15,869 nucleotides of DNA, from contig JAVYLQ010000011.1 of NCBI GenBank assembly GCA_038740615.1, forward strand, positions 1 to 15,869, read 5' to 3'. Below, piece by piece: positions 8,473-15,869 of this stretch (positions within the stretch are counted from its first letter, which is position 1; each line of letters opens with the position of its first letter). Position numbers and translations under genes: made by a program. The notes beneath the pieces are model-generated. The model was not told where the DNA came from and did no database searches. It was given only the letters and a program-made list of their open reading frames with translations. Source of the DNA: Candidatus Anstonellales archaeon. GTDB lineage: Archaea; Micrarchaeota; Micrarchaeia; Anstonellales; J096.

Positions 8473-9362
8473 GGGAATCCCCCTGGATTGGCTAAATATC
8501 TTTTAACATAATATTCTATCTGGCTTGCAAACTCTATATTATATTCCTTACCTATAGCTTTTATTAAATCTCTTATTGGAGGGTGATGTACTGAAAAATT
8601 TATTAGAGTAGGTATAATCAGTTCGGAGAAAAAATAACCAGGGTAGCCTCTTCTATCATTCTTAATCAGATCATCGGCCGCTCTGATTAATGTATATAAA
8701 GATGCAAACAGTTCCTCCGGCCCATCCCATGGATGACCTGATTGAAAATCAGTTTCCATGAAAAAATATCCTTCCCTTAACATATTAAATATATCCCTAG
8801 AATTATTATGTGATGCGATATAATTATAGGTATTTTTTAAAGTATGTTCTAAATTTTGAGTATTCAGTACATGCGCTAATTCATGATGTGTCTGTAGGAT
8901 TAAACTCATAGGTGCATTTGGGAAGGATCGGAGCCATATCATAATGAGAGGAAGATAGTTTGAATGATATTCAACTGCCAATCCCACGTGATCAGAATCA
9001 ATGTAAATATTTAAATTGGATCTGATTCTATTAGTTGTGTATAGAATTTCAATCACCTTTTTTAACTGCCACTCTTCAACATTTTCCCCAGCAACTATCG
9101 TCCAACGTTCTCCTTTTATAATTTTCTTTGTTAGGTTTTTGGTATCATATTCATAAGTAACGCCGTTATGTACAATCTTTAAATAGTCGGTAAGGAAGAA
9201 AAATCCATTAGGCACGGGATGTACTAATTTTGATTCAATCGCCAAATCTTTCTTAGATCCATATCTCACCAATACTATATCTCCATAATGTTTGAATACA
9301 ACATTCCTATCAGTTTCATCCATCCTTACTCTAATCCCTCCAACATTAACCTTGACTTCCAT
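8469..9362 (-). CDS. Putative gluzincin zinc metallopeptidase
   Basis: HELAH (8871-8885) followed about 50 aa later by GHPWDGPEELFASLY. Confidence 0.8.
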   Translation of the reverse strand: MEVKVNVGGIRVRMDETDRNVVFKHYGDIVLVRYGSKKDLAIESKLVHPVPNGFFFLTDYLKIVHNGVTYEYDTKNLTKKIIKGERWTIVAGENVEEWQLKKVIEILYTTNRIRSNLNIYIDSDHVGLAVEYHSNYLPLIMIWLRSFPNAPMSLILQTHHELAHVLNTQNLEHTLKNTYNYIASHNNSRDIFNMLREGYFFMETDFQSGHPWDGPEELFASLYTLIRAADDLIKNDRRGYPGYFFSELIIPTLINFSVHHPPIRDLIKAIGKEYNIEFASQIEYYVKRYLANPGGFP

Positions 9363-9394
9363 ATATTTATTCTTTAAAAAATATTTAAAAATGT

Positions 9395-9997
9395 TTAAAC
9401 CACAACATTTGCGATCAAATATCTAATACCCAACCATTTCTTATTCTTGATCCTTTTCAAATCCTCCACCAATCCACCCATTCCGTACAATTCCCAAATT
9501 CCAATCATCAATCTTTCGAATTCCCAATTGAAAACATCATTTAATAATGCCATATTCCTTAGAAACTTCTTACGAATTTTGGTATCTGAAGTAGCTAGAT
9601 CCGAAATAGTAAAAAATGAGCAGAATAACTCCTCACAACTACTCCATGGATGCCCCAGATATCGATGATTAATATAGTACTCTTCTGTTAGTAATCTGAA
9701 TGCAGATTTTCTCGAATCTATTCTCTCGTACATATCACGGAATGCTCCTCTGAGACTTCTATCACCTATCCTTATCTTACCATCAATATCCCACAAGATA
9801 TGAGCGAATTCATGATTCTGAATCAGTCTCAATAATCTATCATCTGGAGCTCGGATTGTAACTATATATATTTCCTCCTCTTGAGATATTCTGATTACGC
9901 TACCACTTGGGAAGGTGTCTCTAGCAATATCTACAACTACCCTGTATCCTACTTTATTATTCAATCTCCTGTTCACATATTCTATTGCCCTTACCAT
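9395..9997 (-). CDS. Putative gluzincin zinc metallopeptidase
   Basis: HEFAH (9800-9814) followed by GHPWSSCEELFCSFF. Start set at ATG 9997 because GGTGA (10003-10007) lies 5 nt upstream. Confidence 0.8.
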   Translation of the reverse strand: MVRAIEYVNRRLNNKVGYRVVVDIARDTFPSGSVIRISQEEEIYIVTIRAPDDRLLRLIQNHEFAHILWDIDGKIRIGDRSLRGAFRDMYERIDSRKSAFRLLTEEYYINHRYLGHPWSSCEELFCSFFTISDLATSDTKIRKKFLRNMALLNDVFNWEFERLMIGIWELYGMGGLVEDLKRIKNKKWLGIRYLIANVVV

Positions 9998-10934
9998 ATC
10001 TATCACCAATATAATCTATAAAATCTAGTATTTTGGGGAAGTCAATAGCGTTGGTCTTGATCTTGATTAGATCATGAATTCTTCTAAACTCCTCTGCTAC
10101 CATAACGTTTGAGAATATCGACGCAGCCAACTCGATCTCTCCTTCATGCGGATGATCTTCTATCCCTGTGTAATATCTACTTGAAAATCTATTTACATCA
10201 ATTCTATGATATATTCTCCCCATATCTCTTACTGATGTCTGTAGATAGGGATCTCTAGGATATATTATATGGAACAGTTCATGAAACACAATGCTCATAA
10301 GTTGAAGATATGTTATTCTATCAAAATTCTCTATAACTATTCCTGGAGGTATCTTGAATTCAGATAAGAGTTCTTCAGAGAAACCATATGCATTTCTCAC
10401 TCTAAAAGGACTTCTCAGAAAGAGAATTCTAAAAGGAACAGTTCTCTTCATGATTCGAGTTAGCCGATTCTCCAACTCTTCATCTCGTATTGATCTATAT
10501 GAATTGATATCTTTTCTGTAATCCAAACTATATATAATTCCATTATCTTCATACTTAGAGCTAATAACGTAAATAGCTGCTCTACTAGCTATAAAAGTTC
10601 GAATATCACTAACCTTCCTATCGATAGCACGTATGGGATTAGGATTTATTCCATATAAATCTAGATAAATCTCCAATTCTGTATTTGCAATTTTATCAAT
10701 TAATTTCAAGTATCTTTTGGATCTATACTTACTTAGTATTTCTCTAATAATTATATCTGATGCTAGTGAATAGTAGTTATAGTACAGAAAAGGTATATAT
10801 ACTTTTGGTGGAATATCTAGAATATCGCTAGCTATTTTTAGCTCCCGATTTGATTTCCAGAACTCGTCTATCCTATTCTGAGATATAATTCGTTTAGGAT
10901 GAATAGGTAGATTTAGCTGAACTCTATAATTCAT
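9957..10934 (-). CDS. Putative gluzincin zinc metallopeptidase with N-terminal extension
   Basis: HELFH (10269-10283) followed by DHPHEGEIELAASIF. ATG 10934 (overlapping the upstream stop) preferred over TTG 10964. Confidence 0.78.
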   Translation of the reverse strand: MNYRVQLNLPIHPKRIISQNRIDEFWKSNRELKIASDILDIPPKVYIPFLYYNYYSLASDIIIREILSKYRSKRYLKLIDKIANTELEIYLDLYGINPNPIRAIDRKVSDIRTFIASRAAIYVISSKYEDNGIIYSLDYRKDINSYRSIRDEELENRLTRIMKRTVPFRILFLRSPFRVRNAYGFSEELLSEFKIPPGIVIENFDRITYLQLMSIVFHELFHIIYPRDPYLQTSVRDMGRIYHRIDVNRFSSRYYTGIEDHPHEGEIELAASIFSNVMVAEEFRRIHDLIKIKTNAIDFPKILDFIDYIGDRYGKGNRICEQEIE

Positions 10935-11496
10935 CGCAATTAAATATATAGCAGAATGTTTCAACTCTGTGTTTAAGCCTCAGCTCTAGTAAAATTCTGT
11001 AATAATCTATGTGTCTGTTATCATATTTATCAAGAATGTACTTTAAGCTATAAATTATTCGAATAGATATGTTTGAATCTGGAATTATCCAAGGTAGTGA
11101 TAAGACAGATAATAGACTTGATCGCATATCGATATCCTCAATATCTAGATAGTATTTAAGACTCATCAATTTTCTTTCCTTATCATTTAACTTATGAATT
11201 TCTATATCTTTGTAGTCTCTAAAAGCTATCCTAAGAATAGCTCCTATCAGCTGTTCTTTAGAATTATATTTATCGAATACAATAGCTGTTCTAGGATTCT
11301 CACATATATATTCATCTCTTTGAGGTTCATCAGTTTTAGCTATTATTATCTTCTGGAGTAGACCCATCTGTAGAATTCTATCTACATAAGAATCTCTGTA
11401 AGGTTTGAATTCATTTTGGGTTAGATATATAACACTGTTCTGATCAAGAAGTTTTCTAATATCATCTATTCCCAAACTATGTATCTGTAGAGTCAT
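10924..11496 (-). CDS. Hypothetical protein; probable degenerate paralog of the metallopeptidases
   Basis: LMSLKYYLDIED-IDMRSSLLSVL resembles RFSSRYYTGIEDHPHEGEIELAASIFSNV of the neighbour; QLIGAILRIAF lies where the neighbour has QLMSIVFHELF. TTTAAAAA box about 25 nt upstream. Confidence 0.6.
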   Translation of the reverse strand: MTLQIHSLGIDDIRKLLDQNSVIYLTQNEFKPYRDSYVDRILQMGLLQKIIIAKTDEPQRDEYICENPRTAIVFDKYNSKEQLIGAILRIAFRDYKDIEIHKLNDKERKLMSLKYYLDIEDIDMRSSLLSVLSLPWIIPDSNISIRIIYSLKYILDKYDNRHIDYYRILLELRLKHRVETFCYIFNCDEL

Positions 11497-11526
11497 ATTA
11501 CTTATGTAAGAAATTGTTTTTAAATG

Positions 11527-11564
11527 GAATACTCCGGTCTTTTCAGATAGGTGGGTAGTGCAGC
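11527..11564 (-). repeat. 3' arm of the 16S pre-rRNA processing stem
   Basis: GAATACTCCGGT (11527-11538), GATAG and GTGGGTAGTGCA (11551-11562) are reverse complements of segments at 13099-13136. Confidence 0.9.
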
Positions 11565-11581
11565 TCCTTCAACAACCATTT

Positions 11582-13071
<1,490 letters not shown>

Positions 13072-13095
13072 CACGATTAGGAGTACGAGGAATTG

Positions 13096-13136
13096 GCTTG
13101 CACTACCCACTCTATCCTACTCCAACCGGAGTATTC
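13096..13136 (-). repeat. 5' arm of the 16S pre-rRNA processing stem
   Basis: Plus strand TGCACTACCCAC-T-CTATC...ACCGGAGTATTC pairs with 11527-11562. Confidence 0.9.
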
Positions 13137-13161
13137 ACATTTATTTAATAGTAACGAAACC

Positions 13162-13169
13162 TTTTTAAA
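13162..13169 (-). promoter_or_regulatory. TATA box of the 16S rRNA promoter
   Basis: Minus-strand TTTAAAAA about 26 nt upstream of the start of the 5' processing arm. Confidence 0.6.
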
Positions 13170-13200
13170 GTTTACTAATTTATCTCTAGAATACTAAAGA

Positions 13201-13240
13201 TTTAAAAATAAATCAGAATATATTTATTTAACGAAGGTGA
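13201..13240 (+). promoter_or_regulatory. TATA box (TTTAAAAA, 13201-13208) and RBS (AGGTGA, 13235-13240) of the small basic protein gene
   Basis: Archaeal TATA spacing. AGGTGA lies 7 nt before the ATG and is complementary to the retained 16S tail UCACCU. Confidence 0.65.
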
Positions 13241-13247
13241 AAATACA

Positions 13248-13478
13248 ATGGGTGAAAAAGTAGGGAAGGAGTTAGTAAAGAGAGAGAAGGGATACCTGTA
13301 TTATGTAGGTAAAGACGGAAGAGTTTATAGAGTACCTAGCAGAGCTATGAGAAACAAGGTAAAAAACACAAAGCCAGAACCAGTAACAAAAGAGGTTATA
13401 AAGAGAGAAAGCGGCTATCTCTACTATGTGGGTAAATCTGGTTACGTAGAAAGATCTAAGATGAAGAGAAGAAAGTAA
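13248..13478 (+). CDS. Small basic protein with two internal repeats (candidate nucleic-acid-binding/chromatin protein)
   Basis: KELVKREKGYLYYVGKDGRVYR and KEVIKRESGYLYYVGKSGYVER. K/R rich, with RBS, promoter and U-rich terminator. Confidence 0.85.
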   Translation: MGEKVGKELVKREKGYLYYVGKDGRVYRVPSRAMRNKVKNTKPEPVTKEVIKRESGYLYYVGKSGYVERSKMKRRK

Positions 13479-13502
13479 TCCCTTTCTTTTTATTTTTCTT
13501 CC
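13479..13502 (+). terminator. Pyrimidine/T-rich archaeal terminator
   Basis: TCCCTTTCTTTTTATTTTTCTTCC immediately after the stop codon. Confidence 0.55.
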
Positions 13503-13509
13503 TCTATAT

Positions 13510-14331
13510 ATGACTCAATTTTCCATATCAAATTCTCTAAATCCTCAAAATATTGATTTGAAAGAGGAGCTGGGTAAATTGGGATTTAATGATAAGGAGA
13601 TTGATATATTGCTATCTAGGAAGACTATGAAATATAAGTTTCTATCTGATAGTGAATTTCTGGATGTAGTAAAATCTACTCTGGACTATATTGATCCAAA
13701 GAATAATCTGTCTGGATTTTTAAAATTACTAGATATAAATGCAAATAAGTTCCTTAGAAACAAATTCTCAACTATGAATCAGCAGAGTGAAATATATGTT
13801 GTTAATAGTATGTTGGGATTTGGAATTGAATATTCTGATGCAAAAAGAATTCTAAAGTTATATAAATCTCAAGTCCGACTAGCTACCCCATATGATTTTG
13901 TGGATGTAGCTAGAAAAATATATCGTCCAAATATGGATATTGATATTTTTATAAATAAGCTGTTTAGAGCTTTAGGTGAAATAAGATTTGTTAAGGATGA
14001 ATTTACCAGAAAAGGGATAGTCTTCAAATATCAGATCCCACCTTATGTGATAGATCAGGAAGATTTTGATATTGGTGTTGATATAGCTGTTGGTAAGATC
14101 ATTATTGATAATAAGGAGCTCTATAGGGAGATAAGAGAAATGGTATTAGATAGAGCTAGAGATGTTGATCTAAAAGATTTATATGCGGTAATGATAGATG
14201 ATAGGTTTGTAGAGTCATATTCAAAAGTAAAAGAAGTTCTTGATTATGGGGTTGAGGTAGTAGATCTGATAGCGTCTATCCTATATGTAGCTGCTGGAGG
14301 TAGATTCAGATCAGTCAAGAACATATCTTAA
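13510..14331 (+). CDS. Hypothetical protein (probably helical, cytoplasmic)
   Basis: 273-aa ORF with codon usage like its neighbours; no motif recognised. Confidence 0.7.
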   Translation: MTQFSISNSLNPQNIDLKEELGKLGFNDKEIDILLSRKTMKYKFLSDSEFLDVVKSTLDYIDPKNNLSGFLKLLDINANKFLRNKFSTMNQQSEIYVVNSMLGFGIEYSDAKRILKLYKSQVRLATPYDFVDVARKIYRPNMDIDIFINKLFRALGEIRFVKDEFTRKGIVFKYQIPPYVIDQEDFDIGVDIAVGKIIIDNKELYREIREMVLDRARDVDLKDLYAVMIDDRFVESYSKVKEVLDYGVEVVDLIASILYVAAGGRFRSVKNIS

Positions 14332-14335
14332 ATAA

Positions 14336-14409
14336 CGGGCCCGAGGGGATTCGAACCCCTGACCTATGGGTTAAAAGCCCACCGCTCTACCAGGCTGAGC
14401 TACGGGCCC
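14336..14409 (-). tRNA. tRNA-Lys(UUU), intronless, CCA not encoded
   Basis: GGGCCCG-TA-GCTCAGCCTGGTAGAGC-G-GTGGG-CT TTT AA-CCCAT-AGGTC-AGGGG-TTCGAAT-CCCCT-CGGGCCC-G; complete cloverleaf. Confidence 0.97.
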
Positions 14410-14434
14410 TGTTTGTTATTTATAATGTAAAGCT

Positions 14435-15869
14435 TTAAATGCGTTCAGTTCTATCTTTTAATACTATCCAGAATCCTTGTACAGATACATCCTCAGTAGG
14501 AATGTTGATAATGATCTGTCCATTTTCATCAGATCTGTATGTTTGATCAAATATTCTTACACTCACATTTCTAACAGGTCTATTAGTTATACTCCTAAAT
14601 GTAATGATTGTTCTATCATTTAGCATCATCACCCTCATTTTCAGTACTCTTAGATAAGCTAATAATGATAGTAGGAATAGTGTAAATAGGAGTGGTAGTT
14701 GTTGAGGTAGAATTATATTAAGAATCTGGTACATTAAGTTTCCTCTAATTCTCTCATCTTCTGTAGTAGTTGTTGTTAATTCAGGTTGGTCCTCTTGTTC
14801 TATCTGATGTGCAGGTTCAGGTTCTCTAACCTCCTCAACAATCCTGGGTTGAATATCTGTAGAATCTAATACAATTTCTTTCTGTTCTAACTGTTCTGAA
14901 ATATCTCTTATATCTAAGATTTCTCTTTGCTCTTCTTGATCAGATGTACTTATAGAACTTGATCTGGCTGAAGCTGAATCTCTACTATCTTGCTGATACT
15001 CCTCTTGTAGTATGGGTTGTTGTTCCTGTTGATCCTCTGGAGGAATCTGTTCTTCTCCGCCTGATCTTCTTATAGAGAATAGAATAGTTTCAGATACATT
15101 ATTGATCCCATCAGTGCAACTGATAATTAGTTCATATGATCCTCTACTGAACTCTAGATTTATAGAGTATGTTGATCCATTCTGTAGCTGCACTGTGTTA
15201 TTATACGTATTTTGCCCTGTGAATAGATATGAACATGTTAACACCTGGGCAAAATCATCCTCCACATAGAACTCAAATGTTCGAATACCCTCAGTATAAC
15301 TCTCACCTGGTCTTGGCCAGGAGATGTTCAAAGTAGGTGGAATCAGATCTATCCACACATTATAAGGTCCATAAGTAATAGTAACACTATCTCCATTTAC
15401 AGTATAGGTAACATTGAACTGTATAGTGTAATTACCTGATGCAGGATAGGTATAATTCAGAGTTATCACTGATGATCCATTACCCTGAATCTGATCAACC
15501 ACATTTCCATTAACTATCAACTCCATAACCCAATTAACACTCTCATTAACACTGATGTTAACCCCATAACTATTATTAGAACTATTACTAATAGGATTAA
15601 TATCTAATGTTATTGATGATCCTCCTGATCCTGAAGAACCATCATCCCCAGGCACTCCATAAACCACAAATGTAACATTATCACTATCAGAATTATTCAT
15701 CAAATCATAAACAACCACTCTAACACTATACACACCTGGACCCAGATTCTGGAACAGATAACTGTAGGTTCCATTAGTGATACCACTTAAAGTATTATTC
15801 AACATCAAACCACCATTCAGATACACCTCATATCTACTTATCACCATATCATCCCAGAGATTGAAACTC
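14435..15869 (-). CDS. Large cell-surface protein (Ig-like beta domains, acidic linker, TM helix, short C-terminal domain); 5' end outside the window
   Basis: The frame is open to the window edge (SFNLWDDMVISRY...). N/S/T/V/Y-rich beta-strand domains (GVYSVRVVVYD, GNYTIQFNVTY, DLIPPTLNISWP, GSYELIISCTDG), many N-x-S/T sequons, E/Q/D-rich linker, TM LPLLFTLFLLSLLAYL. Confidence 0.85.
   Translation of the reverse strand, partial: SFNLWDDMVISRYEVYLNGGLMLNNTLSGITNGTYSYLFQNLGPGVYSVRVVVYDLMNNSDSDNVTFVVYGVPGDDGSSGSGGSSITLDINPISNSSNNSYGVNISVNESVNWVMELIVNGNVVDQIQGNGSSVITLNYTYPASGNYTIQFNVTYTVNGDSVTITYGPYNVWIDLIPPTLNISWPRPGESYTEGIRTFEFYVEDDFAQVLTCSYLFTGQNTYNNTVQLQNGSTYSINLEFSRGSYELIISCTDGINNVSETILFSIRRSGGEEQIPPEDQQEQQPILQEEYQQDSRDSASARSSSISTSDQEEQREILDIRDISEQLEQKEIVLDSTDIQPRIVEEVREPEPAHQIEQEDQPELTTTTTEDERIRGNLMYQILNIILPQQLPLLFTLFLLSLLAYLRVLKMRVMMLNDRTIITFRSITNRPVRNVSVRIFDQTYRSDENGQIIINIPTEDVSVQGFWIVLKDRTERI

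Noticed and set aside
1544..9668. Short antisense ORFs (1544..1819, 3030..3329, 3918..4127, 5682..5885, 6592..6900, 7198..7389, 9447..9668)
   Set aside because: They are shadows on the opposite strand of well-supported genes, with no motifs or expression signals.
14760..15050. Low-complexity TTG/TAG/TTC runs as a repeat array or CRISPR
   Set aside because: They encode the poly-T/Q/E linker of the surface protein. No regularly spaced direct repeats were seen anywhere in the window.

Overview
AT-rich, tightly packed archaeal chromosome segment, most consistent with a small-genome DPANN-type archaeon (inferred from the divergent archaeal 16S, the unlinked rRNA gene, gene compaction and mostly leaderless genes). 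Housekeeping content: pelota, an MBL-fold hydrolase, TrpRS, a Trbp111/MetRS-C-like tRNA-binding protein, ribosomal protein S8e, an ERG8-type phosphomevalonate kinase-like GHMP kinase, a stand-alone 16S rRNA gene (minus strand) enclosed by a long processing stem, tRNA-Lys(UUU), and the 3' part of a large surface protein. Most notable: (1) a five-gene tandem array of paralogous cytoplasmic gluzincin-like metallopeptidases (three with HExxH...HP-x5-EL[FA][AC]S, flanked by two apparently catalytically dead paralogs) directly downstream of the 16S gene; (2) a tRNA-Phe(GAA) lacking only its 5' acceptor strand, probably an integration scar; (3) a 16S 3' tail lacking the CCUCC anti-SD core, matched by GGTGA-type RBSs; (4) a small basic two-repeat protein gene divergent from the 16S gene; (5) a cysteine-free peroxiredoxin-fold protein. 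All calls come from reading the sequence; no searches were run.
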